A stretch of 59,754 nucleotides of DNA, the filler included, from Sphacelaria rigidula (taxonomy: Eukaryota), in assembly GCA_964200075.2 (NCBI GenBank). It is 9 parts of 9 records of this genome, joined end to end, with 100 filler letters (N's around TTAATTAATTAA, not from the genome) between each part and the next. Parts side by side here need not be neighbours in the genome. Positions count along the whole stretch, not along the records: positions 33,255 to 39,804 come from CAXNAA020019403.1; positions 39,905 to 46,454 come from CAXNAA020019404.1; positions 46,555 to 53,104 come from CAXNAA020019405.1; 6 more parts are not named here. One strand, given 5' to 3'. This document shows, piece by piece, positions 37,591 to 51,601 of the stretch. The position numbers and the translations under genes are program-made. Every line of letters begins with the position of its first letter. The first letter of the stretch is position 1. Below the pieces are notes generated by a model. It was not told where the DNA came from. It saw only the letters and a list, made by a program, of their open reading frames with translations, and ran no database searches.

Positions 37591-38896
37591 GCCTATGCTG
37601 CGCACGGTACGATGTGCCATTCGATAAAACCGAGGACAGACAAAACGAAAGAGAAACCGAGAGAGGTGGGGAAATCAGGACATAGAGAGGTAGCAAAAGG
37701 GCCAGGACAAGACCCTCACCTAATGATCGCAAAGTAGTCCAATTGAGTTCATGTATACCAATGTCCCGAGTTTGCGTATACATTCCGATAAACGGCTACG
37801 CATACGGCAAACATCTCGGACTTTCCGTGCTGGAAGGACTGAGACGCGTATCGACAGACCCGGAAATGTCGCGGGTTTTTGGGGATGTCTTCACCGCTCC
37901 GCAGAAGCGCCAAGTCTCCCGACAGTTCTGGAAAGCATGTGTCAAAAGCACTGCAAGCAGCCATCTCGTCATCTACACTGCTTCTATGGACACCAAAGGT
38001 ACGCACCTCCTCGTGGTGATTCCGCATCGTATCACAGCACTCCACAAGCGACCGCAACTGTACGACACCGAGGTCCACGGACATCAAAGCGTCCCCTATT
38101 CCGTGAACAACCAGCACCAAATGCTCTACCCTCTCGTTCAAATCTGCGTTGTCATCGTCGTCGCCGCAGGAGAGGCCGACTGACTCTGTACATCGGCGCA
38201 CGTCCTTCTCCGAGCCGTCGGTCTCCGCCATCTCTTTCCGCTCCGCGGTCCAGCTACCCTCAGCTGCGTCCTTCTCGTCATTTGTAGTCAAAGGTTCAAG
38301 ATTTGATTTGCTGACACTCCCCGGCACTGGTCGGTGCTCATCGTGCGACATTTTGCCGTTCTGTGGCGTTTCGTTTTGCGGTGCTTCAGCGTCTGGTGAG
38401 GAGAGGACCTCTGCCACACTCACCTCAGCACCAGTCAAAGAAAGTCCACGACCTGCGGATGAAAACTCAGCAGCAGCAGTTACATCGACTGCCGCTGCGG
38501 CAAACGTAGAGACGGCTTTGACATCGTCAGCCAGACTGTCGTCACCGTTGACCTTGCCCTCCGTGGCTGCTGCATAAGCATCGCTAGGCTCCGCCCCTTC
38601 ATCGACCACTGTTGCCTCAACAACTGCCGAGCAACCATCGCCACCAAAGCCCCCTCGAAAACGATCATCCGCTCCCTCAGCACCTACTTCGCTTCCGCCG
38701 CCTTCCACACGCCCATATTCTCCCTCGACACCGTCTTTTCTGCTGCCACCGGCGCTGACCGTCGATCCTGGAGCGGGTGGCGATCCTTTCAAAGACGTGG
38801 GTGGTGCGTTCGAGGCGGCAGGAATGCCCCTGAACACACGGCGACGACCGAAGACCGAAAATGTCCCGCCTAGCGTTCGCTTCACCGACACGATGT
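34839..38896 (-). CDS. DDHD-family (PA-PLA1/SEC23IP-like) phospholipase, internal exons 38896-38007, 37336-36698, 36194-36130, 35806-35680 and about 35060-34839
   Basis: Family motifs EHLVLVVHGIG, RVEYLPIEWH, DITLP..LRAFTNDTLLDILYFMSPEYHQ, lipase box VSVVAHSLG and ENLFCLGSPIGMFLMIRG. Phases are consistent across the first four exons; the last junction is unresolved. More upstream exons are likely at 39000-39510. Confidence 0.92.
35152..35470 (-). mobile_element. tRNA-derived SINE, intronic
   Basis: Reverse complement of 56707-57005, with an A-tail (T-run at about 35156-35166). Confidence 0.8.
37540..37590. repeat. (CAA)n microsatellite
   Basis: About 17 CAA units. Confidence 0.98.
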
Positions 38897-40188
38897 CTGT
38901 CAGAGACCGGAACTGAACGAGTTGATCTACGACCTACGTGTTTGGTGTGTCGTCGTGTTGGCATGCATATCAGGGACATACGACATGCGGGTGAGCGCGA
39001 GCGATGTGATTATACAGGATGTGACAAGTACCGCTGGAGGTACTTGTCGAGGATGGAGTAAAATTTATGGGATATGCGGAGGCGCCGGCGAGTTCGTGAT
39101 GCGACTCTCCATGGCAGTGGTTGAGCAGCCTCAAAAGTAAGCGACAAGCTGAAATTGTCAATTGGAGCGATGGCCATGGACGTATGATAACCCCCTACAC
39201 CCCTACATATGTTTTGATCCCCGTCACAAAATACCCGACTAGACGAACACGCCAGACCATGTATGTGCATGTCTCCGGAGAAGTTAATGACGACCTTCAA
39301 AACGCCGCACCGATGCAACCATTCCATGCACACACAAGAGAGGTACCGTGTACCTGAACCGTGAGGAGAACGGTTTGGTTAGGGATAGAACCTCGGGTGG
39401 GACTCGACCCTTCATAGTTCGAGGCTCTCTGGTCCTCTCCATGTCTGCTCGGGTCGCTACCAGCGCCCCGACACTCCAGATACCACGCCAAGAACTGCGG
39501 CCGGACGAGCATTAGGCAGGGGCCAGAACAAGACAGCAGCGGAGTTGGGAAGAGCGCGTCACAGGTAATGACGGTGAAGAGCAGGAAAATATGGTACCAT
39601 TGAGCGTATAAACTCTACAGGGCATGCATGAAGCACACCAGGCAATGAAACCTTTGTCCCGGCTGTCATCTCAGGCGACAATGCCATCGCATGTAACAAC
39701 GCCTGCCTGCGGTCATCCATGAAAACAAAAGGGGGCGTACTCATTTGTTGCTTGCCTTAGTCATTTGACCATTGACCACGCATCCCTTTCGAGACGGAGC
39801 ACCGNNNNNNNNNNNNNNNNNNNNNNNNNNNNNNNNNNNNNNNNNNNNTTAATTAATTAANNNNNNNNNNNNNNNNNNNNNNNNNNNNNNNNNNNNNNNN
39901 NNNNCATACCACGGTATGGGGTACCCCGGTAAATATCGGGGGTACGCTCGGTACGGTACCTTACCTACGGTGCCTGTGCATTCGTACTACCACATGTCAT
40001 CACCGTTGCTATTTCCTGACGCAGTCCCAGTTTAAGTATGGAATAATGGCGGTTGGCAGGCTATAGTATCCTTGTGGTCGTGTCTGTCCACTGATCGCGC
40101 GAACCTACGGTCAATGATCGCCCACCGCCTCCTATATCCGGGCTCCTCCATCCGTGTGCGTGGTGTGCTGCAGACTCAAGCCTTCGCG

Positions 40189-43100
40189 ATGGGTGACTTC
40201 CCCCATGATATGGAAAAGGAGGCAGGGGGGTTGGGGGGCGACTCTGGCGGTGCCGGCGACGGTGAAGGCGATGGGATCGCCGGCGAGCGTGATCGCCAGG
40301 GGGATCCTGATGAGCCCGGCCCTTCGGTGGACCGCGGAGGAGGTATTAGCGGGGCGAGAGACGACTGCGGTGGTGGCGCCGCAGGTGTCGGAGATGCCCC
40401 GGAGGGGGGGGGCGGTGAGACGGGCACTCAACCCGGGGTGGCCGGGGCGGAGGTGGAGATAAATGACCGTGCCCCCGGTCCGTCTACGGGAGGGACCAGC
40501 GCTGCAGGGGGGGGCGGTGGCGCTGCCGTTGATGGTATATCGGGGCTTTGGGGGTTGCCCTCGGGCGGCGTGGGTATCGGTATCGATAGTCATCCCGACT
40601 CTGCGGCGAGGGCGGGGCCGGGTGCGGGTGGCGGCCGCGGCAGTGGTCACGGCGATCCGAGATTGGCGGGGCCCTCGGCAACTGCGGCCCTAAGTGGAAA
40701 TCCTGCCGCTCCGCGCTCCGCTGTCCCCGACGGTGCAGGCGCCCCGAATGGCCTGGGGCAAGGCGCGGATTCGCACCCCACATCGGCGGGTGCGGCACCT
40801 GCGCCACGGTCTGTACCTCATCCCACGTGGCCCCGAGACGGACTGACTGTCGAACACTTAAAGGGAGTAATCGCCATCGTCATTCACATGGGGTTGGTCA
40901 ACTATCCCACGATGGAAGACCACTGGTCTTCGGGAGTCCATTATCGCAATACTTTCGCTCCGAGTGTCATGTCTCGAGACCTTTTCAAGCTAAATTATTG
41001 CCGCTACTTCCGGATGGCGACAGCCGGTGCGCCGAAGCGGGGAGAAAAGGGTTGGGACGTGTTGCACCACATCAGGTGGGTGCAGTCGTTTTGGTGAAGG
41101 AGTGGGGGGTGGTTGGCGGTGGGGCACCTTGCCGAGCGAGATTCGCGGGTATCCGCGTCGGTGTTTTAGCTGGTCGTTGGTGTGGCGGCGTCTGCTACAG
41201 TCGCCGTGTAAGTGTGCGTGTGTTTCCCCGAATGCTGCATGTAGTGCTTTCAGCGCCCGCTGAGGGAATCACCACATCCGAGAATGCCGTTGCCTCGATG
41301 CCCTCTGTATTGTGTGGACCCCGCCGCAGGGAACTCGAGACGATCCTCAACGGTGTGTGGAGCCAGGCGTGCATAGTGGGAGCATGGTTCTCCTTCGACG
41401 AGCAAATGGTGCGGTGCGTACATCATTTCGCGAAAGTCCTGCTGCGACGGATGCCGCAGAAGCCAATATCAAACGGTGAGATTTCGTCCGGCGTATTGTG
41501 TATTTGAGCGTGTTAGCACGCAGAGTGAGGGGTAGTGGAGGGTACGCATCGCGTGCTCGAGGGTTGACGTGCGTCAGCGACTTTTTGATTCTGACTGTGT
41601 CATGGATTGAGGCATCTCAGGTTGAGATGTCGCACATATTATTGCAGACTGCATTGACCTGGTGTTCGTGTCGCTTCGACCTTAATTGGCTGTATTTAAT
41701 CTCGTCTCAGGGATGAAGATCTGGGCTGTGTGCTGTTACACGGGGTACTGCTTCTCGGCGTGCACAGACGGGGGATTCCTGGGCGACCCGCGCTTGCGCC
41801 CCTGGGCGGATGACCCCCTGGGACACACATGTCGCATGGTGTTATATGTTCTGCTCCATCACAACAAATACCTGGCGAGGCAGATCATCGACTCAGGAGT
41901 GATGTTGGCATGCGATAATTTCTTTTCTTCGCCGACGCTGTTCCTCAGTGTCACGTCGCACGGGATCTATGCCGTACGGACCCTGAAATGCACGCTCCGC
42001 GGCGCTGCTGCCACGAAGACGTGATGGGCGGATAACGGGAGGAAGCTCAGCGGCAAGCATGATATGCTCTTCTTCCGTTGGGGTGAGATAGGTTTTACCC
42101 TGTGGAAGAATTTGAAGGATGTCTTCCTATGCACCACCATCCACATCTACCAGACGCAGTTCAAGGGGGTACCGTACAGGTATGGGCATACACTTCAGTT
42201 TTGGCCATCAAAAGTATACAAAACGTGCTTCTGGTGGTCTCGATGTATCGGTTTTCGACTTTTCCCTCAATTTTGTGTTTGATTGTCTACTATCGTTCCG
42301 TGTGAGACACCGTCCTGCTGCGGCGCTAGGGTGGGGGGGGCTAGGGGCGGGGCGGAACTGAACAATTTAAGGGTAGGTGGAGTAGAGTATGTACTTTTCA
42401 GATATCGAGTAAATTGTTCGCTTCTATACTCTGCTCATAGTTTCAGTGGGTGTAATAAGGCCTCAGATACTCTGCTCAAGTTTTTGAGGAGGTCGGGTGT
42501 AATGTAGAACACTTTACCCAAAACTTGAGCAGGCTTCGTGCCACCTCTATTACACAAATCGGATGTATAATAACCACCCTCATTAGTACTTGAGAATCGA
42601 TTATCACTTGCGTTCGACCTCAATATCCTACTTAATATGTGGGTAATCAATCTCAGTAATATTCAAATATACGTGACGTCACCACGTGAGGAACTCGTAT
42701 TCGCTGCGAGGCTCAAATCTTTTACTTGTCGCCGAGCGAAGCATAATCACTTCCAGCCCATTTCTTATCTGCCGCACGCGTGCAGTGATGCCTTTCTTAC
42801 ATCCCAAGTTCTCATTGATCCCGCGAGCGGGCGCAATGCTGGAATTATTGACAAAAAAAAAAATCACGGACGGATGTAGTGTTCGTACTACAATACAAGG
42901 GTGCTAGACACCCCGTCATGTTCTGCCATGTTTCTTAGACGGATGATGTACAGGGGCTTCGCAGTATCCAGCGAAAGCCATGGTTGAGTAGTGCAGCCGT
43001 TGTGTACTGTTTTTTGGTGGAGTAAATGTAAAGAAGTGTGATGGTGTCGGGTGCCATCGCAATGCAGGAATCATATTGCATCATGCCTGTATGATACGAC

Positions 43101-45890
43101 GCGTGCCGGTATAACGGAGACAAAATTACAGTAAACAAAGAAATGCGGTCGCAGCTTGTTGCATATACCGTATATATGCAATATGCTAACACGTATACAT
43201 TCAACGACCCATCACCCATTGAAAATTAGGATGGACTTATTCCGTGAGAATGAGAACCCGGTGAATGCGATCTTCGTACCCACACGGATTCTTCGAGATA
43301 TTGCTGCATTTGCTCAGCCGCTGGTTGCCACTGACGACTATGACACGCCATACAAGATTGGGTTCAGGTGGTCGAAATATTATGGACCTCGGTGAAGAAT
43401 CAAAGAAAACACGACGAGCATGTCTCGCGTGCTAGAGTCATTCGTGTTTGCATCACGAGCAATTCCTCGAGTGCTGGGACCAGGATTCCTTCTAAATAGC
43501 AAACAATGCCTCAGTACTCGCCATGATACTTGATACCGCCAATGTGGGGCCCGACCAGTGCGAGGGCCACTAGTCGCATTTGTTGTGCTCTTCAGACACG
43601 TAAAATACTCAATCTTCACTATCCATGATCAGTTGTTATTTCATGGACAGTATGGCGTTTGCAGTATTCTGTGTTGCAGCTGTACTGCAGCCAATCAAGC
43701 GTGAAGCCCTGCAGGCGACCTCTGTGGGCGCTGCGGTGTAATACAGCGGTAGAGGGGTATGCACTACCGGTGGTAGGAGCATACCAGTAAACACATAGCC
43801 CCCCTGATCGCTCAACCAGCGAGCACTTTCTTGCGCAACGACAGTGGTCACTTTCCGATCGTGATCTATGTAGTATTGCACTGTGCACGATTACATACTG
43901 ACAATTGTACCGTATTCTCTCGGGCGAGGGGGGGGGGGGGCATCCCTGAATGGAGGGGCCGATGGGTTTGAGACCACTTTAGCATTTCCCGCGGCCGCAG
44001 GGTCGATGTCAGGTCCATTCTCCGCCGAGCCCGTCGCTTATTTCAATTTGTTATCCTCATTTTCGCTCCGATCTGAGCTGAAATACTTCCTATCCATTTA
44101 TTGATATATCAAAAAATATTTTTCGAGGCCTCTGCGTCCTAACTGGTTGTTTCTGATGTGCTGCCGCCGTCTGCATAGAGATCACCTGGGTATGGTTTCA
44201 AATGACCCGCTCAATCCCTGAGTAGGTCGAGCACGGCCTCGAAAACTCTACTCAAATTTTGAGCAAAACACTTGGTAAGGTAGCCCCCCCCCAAAAAAAC
44301 AAATGAAAAGCGTGCATGATTTCAGAGGGCAACTTCTTCACGTAATTCGAGTTGGAGGAAGCCGAGCACAACGAGCGGGTAGGAATTCCCGCGGTTGAGT
44401 TCGTTCCAGCCCATGTCGCCAATATGAGCCGCTTCACGCGACCTGAAACCAAATATCAGGCGCCGCATGGCCAATTTATCATCGAATCTGTTGGGCTGGT
44501 TGGGAGGGGGGAGGGGAGGGGGGTTGCAGGAAGTGTACTAGGCGGGGTGTTGCCTTAAATACTCCACGCGAATATTGAGCAGGTATAGAACGGCCTCACG
44601 TACCTTAATCAAAGTTCGAGTACGTCGAGTACGGCCTCAAATATTCTACATGATTTCCGAGTAGATCGAGTGCGGCCTGAAATATTCCGCGTACAAATTG
44701 AGTAGCTCGAGGACGACCTCCAAAACGTTACCGCAAATGTCGGCGGGTCGAGTACGATCTCCTGTACTCGACTGAAACACCGAATAACCACCCTCCGTAA
44801 TACTTGGGTATGGAATATCACTTGAGTATGGCCTCAAGATTGAACACCACTTCGGAGTAGGTCAAGTATGACCTTCAATACTCTACTCAACAATTTCATT
44901 ACTGTACTCAACAAGTCGAGTTGTTGTACAACTCAAATACTCTACTCGACATCTAGATAACTGCAAGTAGAACTCTTCCGAAATACGGACGATCGGGTGT
45001 ACCCACTATAAACTAAACAAGATTCCTGTGACCACCGCTGTCATGTTCGCATCTAAAGCGCCGAATACGGGAGGAGGGTCGAATGAAAACGACGGCGGGA
45101 TCACGACCGCCGCAGCCGCCCACGCAGACGACGGCGACTACACCAACATCAGCTACTCCGATAACACCCCCCCCCATGCAATGTTGATAACTACCCCGCG
45201 AACACTCTGTCCGTATCCTCTGCTCCGTGATTTGTTGCGCCCCCAACACTCAGGTGGCGAGGGGGTGGCGACAAAGGCGGCGGGGGCGGCCGACAGCCCC
45301 CCTCTCGCATGGACTACAACTCGCACATGGGTGGGGTCGACATCGCCGACGAATACAATGGGGCGTACGAGTTCCATCACCGGGCATTCAACTATTCCTG
45401 TCGGAAGGTCTTTGAACAGAGGCTTCAAATGTGTCTGACGAACGCTTGGTTTATCCTCGAATGGTGGATCGTTTCCCTCGATGAGAACACCATAGTCGTG
45501 ACGGAGGAGGACGCGACGAAAATGAGGGAAGCGGGATGGTTGAACGACGGTGAGGATCCCACGCAGGTTCTGTTAGCTTTGTTTGCTCCGAAGCTGCTGA
45601 AGGTGCGGAGCCTCAAACGCAAGGACTTCCAAGAGGGCATCACCGCCGCGCTCGCCGAGGAATGCCGGGCCGCGCACCGTCCCAACGTTTACACTCGGAA
45701 GAGAAGCCGTGACGCTGACGCGAATCTAAAGACTGGCTGGGAGCGCTTCGTGTTGCCGTAGGGGATGCGCAGATACTGGTCCCCGGTTGCCGGACGGAGA
45801 AATCGGAGAGCCCGACGAAATCTCGCGCTGTCTGCAATTGCGACGTGTGCGGTCGCAGCGGGGTCGCAATATGCCCGGATTGCTAGGCGG
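40189..45890 (+). mobile_element. piggyBac-like transposase gene with spliceosomal introns, decayed. Exons about 40189-41075, 41330-41475, 41711-42179 and 45254-45890
   Basis: Motifs HW..G..Y...APSVMSRDLF, FSFDEQMV, KPISNG|MKIWAVC, CDNFFSSPTLF, DYNSHMGGVDIAD and a C-terminal Cys-rich tail CNCDVC..CPDC. The first two junctions are phase-consistent. In-frame stops at 42022 and 45759. Confidence 0.9.
42384..44976. mobile_element. Approximately 2.6-kb TIR element inside the piggyBac gene, with GAGTACGGCCTCAA-type subterminal repeats and a possible pogo-like DDE remnant
   Basis: AGAGTATGTACTTTTCAGATATC resembles the reverse complement of GATAACTGCAAGTAGAACTCT. Repeats at 44220-44950. VNAIFVP...AQPL...PYK at 43250-43360. 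Confidence 0.45.
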
Positions 45891-46959
45891 GGGGCGCCGA
45901 CCACGCGGCAGCGCGGGCCAATAACAGCGTGGGTGTACGAGTGTGCGGCGACGACGGGAACATACTCACGTTTAAAGGACAGAAACGATAAGATGTTTCG
46001 GACGGTGTATTACGTGGGTGGGCACGGGGATTATCGATGTGTGTGCCGCCGCGAGCGGGCAGAACGCCGACGGTTTTTTTGGGATAAGGCAGAGACCGTG
46101 GCGTACCGCGTGCCAACATCACAGTATTTGCGTCATGGTTGGGCAATTGGCCATTTAAAAGACAATTCTATATAATGAGGTTCATCAATTAAATGAGGTT
46201 CGAGCCCAAAAACAGTAAATTATCCACACTTTCAGCAAAGGTGTCCAAAGACTTTCTTGTCGGCCTAAGGCTCCTCGATCGCGGAGATATTTCTTCAGCG
46301 CGTTTTACCGACTCTGTGAGCTTACAGCGCTGACCGAAACCGCCGTTTCCCTGATATCACCCCCCCCCCCCCCCCAAAAAAAAAAAAAGAAAAGGGGGGC
46401 GTGGACAACGGGCTTAAGTCAGAGAGGCGGAAAAAAGGGAAGAGAAAAAATACCNNNNNNNNNNNNNNNNNNNNNNNNNNNNNNNNNNNNNNNNNNNNTT
46501 AATTAATTAANNNNNNNNNNNNNNNNNNNNNNNNNNNNNNNNNNNNNNNNNNNNCCCTGCAATGGAGGGATGGGACTTCAACCTCATTTCATGTTTCAAC
46601 CCCAAAAATTAGGATCGGCTGTGAATGGTTTTTAGCGCTCCGTTCGTTAGCCCGTCGTAGTAGAGTTCCAGGCGTAGGAAAACGTCGATTTTCTTTTTGC
46701 GAGGCTCCGAGCAAGGGTGTATCGACCGTGTTTTTACAAAGCCACACATTGATGTAGGTGATTTTAACACTTCAATTCCAAGTAATGATGCTGGGACATT
46801 ACATAATATTAGCTTGAGAGTTGTTTAAGAACAGAATAACTTCCATGGAAGAGCACTGGTATCCACAACCATTTCTGGGACAGTCATGGGTTTACAAGTA
46901 GGTATTGCGTTTGCAACTGAAGACATTGATCTGGAACAGCCCGAAGGTCCTCTAATTAA

Positions 46960-49660
46960 CTCAACTGTTGGTAAAAGCAGAAGTGTGGCACAAAAGAGTA
47001 GGTCACCCGCCTGAACAAGTCATGCGTAGTGTACAGAATATTGCAGGATCAGGTGTAAACCTCGAAGGCACATTGATTTCATGTAACAGTTGCATGATGA
47101 ATGAATGTACGCAGCAAAATGACCCGAAGACAACCGACTCGGACAACATCACCGATCATCTTCAACTTGTCAGCACTGATATTCTAGGCCCCGTGACACC
47201 TATAGCAATAGGAGGCGTAAGGTACATGGCTAAATTAACTGATTATTTCAATAGATTGAAGATTATATACTGTTTCAAAAGCAAGGATGAAGCTTTAACG
47301 ACACTTCGCAACTTCATCCAAGATCTAGAAATTCCTCTTGGGCTTCGATTTCAACGTCTAAGGGCCGATCGTGGGGGAGAGTACACAGCAGATTGTTTCA
47401 GACGATACCTTTAAATGACAGGGATTTTACAAGAATATGCAGCACCTTACACGCCGCAACAGAATGGGACGTCGGAACGTGATGGGAGAACTATCATGAG
47501 CGTTACTCGATCCCTATAAGAACACAATTTGCCCAAGAGATATGGGGAGAGGTTGCTGCAACTGCTGTATTTTTCATTAATCGCCTACCGCGTTGTGGCA
47601 TGAATGGTAAAATGACTCACCATCGAATTATCATTTTTACTCATGATCGGCTCGCGTGCTTTTGTACACGTGGAATGTCATATGAAAACGTTAGAGAAAA
47701 ATACATGGGAAGGTGTCCTAATAGCTTATGACTCTGATAGTCCGTCTTATCGTACATGTAATCGAGAAACTGGTCGAGTTGTAAGCTCGAGAAATGTTAC
47801 CTCCATAGAACAAGCAGCCAGGATTATCTTGAATGATACACAGGCTACTTGGTGAAGAGAAAACGGGGATGAGAATGAAAAAAATATTTTTGAACTTCCA
47901 AATGATGAAAGAAAACTCAATTTAACGACGGCATATATACGACGGTATCACTCCATTGGAGCATTCATCTACTGGGCGAACTACACCTATGAAACTTCGT
48001 TCTGCAGGTAGCCCAGACCAGGCTACATCTCAATGATCGAACACGCGCCAAGTCAGAGAATTGCGCAAACTTGCCATCAGCTCTGTTCAATACCATCAAC
48101 ACTCGAATAGAATTCTCAATAGCGTTACCCAATATACAGGAGTAGTAGGTATCGAAGATGTAGTACCACCTGCATCCATTCCAGTTCCAACTACCTATTT
48201 ACAGGCGTTATCTTTACCATTTGCGACAAAGTGGAAAGCTGCCATGCTAGATGACCCACAGAGCATATCGGAGCATTAAGTGGCAGATACCAATCCAACA
48301 AGTTTGGTACCTCCAGACAACATCATTATTGGTACGCGTTGGGTGTACAAAGTTGAAGCAGATGGAATATTCAAGGCTCGTTCAGTTGTCCAAGCTTGGG
48401 CACAATAAACATGAGTTTGACCTTGGAAGTACCTTCGCTCCTGTATGTTAGCTGGAGAGTCAGGTAATTTTATTAGCAACCTGTACAGCTACACATTGGC
48501 CTATAATAGCTCTAGATGTACAGACCGCATTTTTGAACGGCAAATTGAAAGAAAATGTGCTATGTAAACAGGCACCTGGATTCGAAACCATATTCAGATA
48601 CGGGTAAATCACCCGTGATGCGTCTTAGGCGTGCTTTATACGAACTTCGGCAAAGTCCCAATGTGTGAAATTTCACAATTGACACTGAGTTACAGAACAT
48701 GGATTTCAAAGCAACTGCAACTGATTCTTGTGTTTACACAAGAGGACAACAAGGACATCATGCCATGATCATGATCACTTGGTTCGTTGATGATATCCTA
48801 GTGACAGGATCATCCATCGAAATTTTACAGAGTGTACAAGATACTCTCAAAAGTTCAATATCAGACTTAAAACCTGTTTCACTCATTTTAGGTATGGAGG
48901 TTATCAGAGATTCTGAAAGAGGATTTCTGAAATTTTCACAATATAAATATGTATTAAATTTGCTACAAACGTTGAGAATGGAATCCTGCAACATAGTACA
49001 CACACCAGGAATAGAGAACCAATATACAGAAAAACCAGAAGAAAATCTTTCAGATCATGAACAGACGAAAAAATACTGAGCAATGGTAGGTAGCCTAATA
49101 GTTTTAGCACAACGCACCAGATTCGACAAAGCTTTTAGTGTCACTCAGGCAGCTCGCCATATGAGTAAACCAAGTGCTCATCATGTAGTTGCAGTGAAGA
49201 GTGAATTTCGGTACTCGAAAGGAATACCGGATCTATCTATCATTCACCGCTTCTCGGAGAATAACTTGAACCTACGAGAATATTGAGACTTTTAATATAG
49301 AAAGTCAGGTTCACACGGTAGAATGAGAAAGAGATCAACCACAGGAAATATGCTGTTTTTCGCTCACGGATAAGTTTACTTTTCTTCAAGCCTACAGAAA
49401 ATAACGGTTTCTTCAACTACTGAAGCAGAACTTACGGCCTTAGCCAGGTGTGGAAAATTTGGAATGTATTTATTGAATCTCCTAGGTGAACTTGGCTGGT
49501 CATCGATGAAAACACCCACTATTTTCTCATATTCTCGAGGAGCACTAAATTTGTCTTCAAATTTCAAGTACAGCGCAAGTAGCAAACACGTAGCTTCGAA
49601 GTGCTTATGTCAAATATATGATGGGAATATATCAAATAATAATCAATCACGTGAAGTTTA
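46960..49660 (+). mobile_element. Decayed Ty1/Copia LTR retrotransposon pol (GAG-pre-IN, IN, RT, RNase H)
   Basis: WHKRVGHP, STDILGPV, LRADRGGEY, PYTPQQNG, GTRWVYK, LDVQTAFLNG, WFVDDILV, TRFD, SSTTEAEL. Integrase lies upstream of RT; many stops. Confidence 0.95.
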
Positions 49661-51601
49661 AAAATGAACTTGCTGAGGCTGCTCCTTATACGAGTATCAG
49701 ACAAAAATAATAATCTGGAAAGGTGCCTTTTTTGGAGCTTTTTCGTCGTTTAACGCCCCAAAAGAGAGCTAGGCGGAGTTTGACACCTTGGAATGATTTG
49801 CTCGAGTAGTTGAGGCGGTTCCATGACATCTTCCCGTTCTCCGGTGGCCTCAGTTTTTATTTTGGCCAAACAAGAAGTTTTGTCCAACAAGTGAGCAGTG
49901 CTACGGTAGAGGTTGTACTTTTTGTTTCTGGGCCTCGTTCTTGTAGGATCCCAAATATATGAGACTTACTGTGCTACCCAAATCTCCGGAAACAGGACAT
50001 GGAAATGCACACAGGGGCCTTTCCGTGAGTCGGCATCATTTTCAGTCTTTTTCGAGTGAAAATGATGCCGATTCTCAAAATGATCCCTGCAACACCCCGA
50101 GAAACATCTTCGCCTCAAAAGTGCAACCCTACCGCCGGTGACTGAAACGAGGAAGCTGAACCATTTTGGGGGGGGATATGGATCGAAATTGGGCCAACAT
50201 CATGTGCTCAACATGCGACAGACTCATACCTACTGATAAACTTCACCGAGGACGGCCCTTACACAGAGGAGTGGAGTACAAATAGTCGCCGGGTGTGTGA
50301 TGTGGGCTGGGCGGGTGTTGGTTCACCGCCTCGTCATGTTTTGAGGAGCTTGATTTATCGGCTGCCATCATACCACAGCTTTTGGCGGATGACTCGCCTT
50401 GTGCAAGTGTACTTGTTGTTCCGTGGGCATGGCTTTTTCTTTCATGAAGATGATATTAATTAACCCTTTGACCGCGACGGCTGGTCACATGCTAAATCGG
50501 CATTTACTTAAAAAGCAATGCATGGTCCAGATGGACTGCCCTGGCGGTCTAGGGCTCCAAAGATATTAGGTTGCAAGAGGAAATGAAAACAAACGGTCGT
50601 CCGTCACCCACCAGTGCCGAAACAATAGATACGTGTCTTAGGATGGGTGGGTCCGCTGAAATACATGAATGGGGCTTCGGTGCCATGTGACTTTAGCGAA
50701 AATGGGCCGACGAGTTTACGCTGACTTTTGTGTCCTCTTGACGCAGTATACTTCACCATTCGGGAGGGTAAGTGAGTCCATCTTGATCTTAGTATGGAAG
50801 CTGAACTCCGGATCTTCCGTGGGGGCTGTGCTCCTGCTCCTAGCGTGTCCAGAACGCGTTTTTGTCTAAATCGGGGCCTGGGGCTCCGATTTGAGGTCTG
50901 GCAACGCACCCTTTGCCCAGGTAACACGTTGCAAGCCCCTGCGCGAGGGTTCTCGGTATGCCTTCGTTGTGATTAGGATTAGGTAGGGTTAGTGTTATAA
51001 TTTTAGTGTTATAATTTGTTCTCTTCGCTGCTGCGAGGTCGCGAAGATGATTCTTGCTTCTGAGTGATGCTACGGTAGGGGTAGAGAAATATTTTCTGAG
51101 ATTAGAATTGTTAGGAGCCCCTTATCTCATCCTGACCCGTATTCTTGTGCGTCTATAATCGTTAGGAGCCCCTGAACCCGACAAAAATTCGCGAAAAAAG
51201 TGCACCCCTACCATAGCATTGCTCTTCCGGGGGTTCGATCGAAGGTTCAAATTCTACACCTGTCGAATATTCCACGTATCCGATGTATCAATCATCTGCA
51301 CTATCAAGAGTCATTCATTAGTGTCATCTATGCTGAGGCCGTTGGATAGGGGTGAGGTTTTTGCGTTTTGTGGAAACCGGCGAAGGTTTGAGGCGCTTGT
51401 TTGCGATCATAGCCCAAACTTGTGAGCCGATTACTCATCGCCAAGGCCATCGATTGGGATGCGACTTTTTGCATCATCACACGCAGCCATTCAGCTACCT
51501 TGTAGAGGAATTTCCAAACATCACCCTCGGTTCCGTCCGTTTCGAAATCCCCGCTAGAGGATCTTGGGCATTCCTAATCTTCTAGAGGATTTTCAATGTT
51601 G

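Noticed and set aside
37360..37737. Poly-Gln, poly-Thr or poly-Val ORFs
   Set aside because: They come from an intronic (CAA)n microsatellite.
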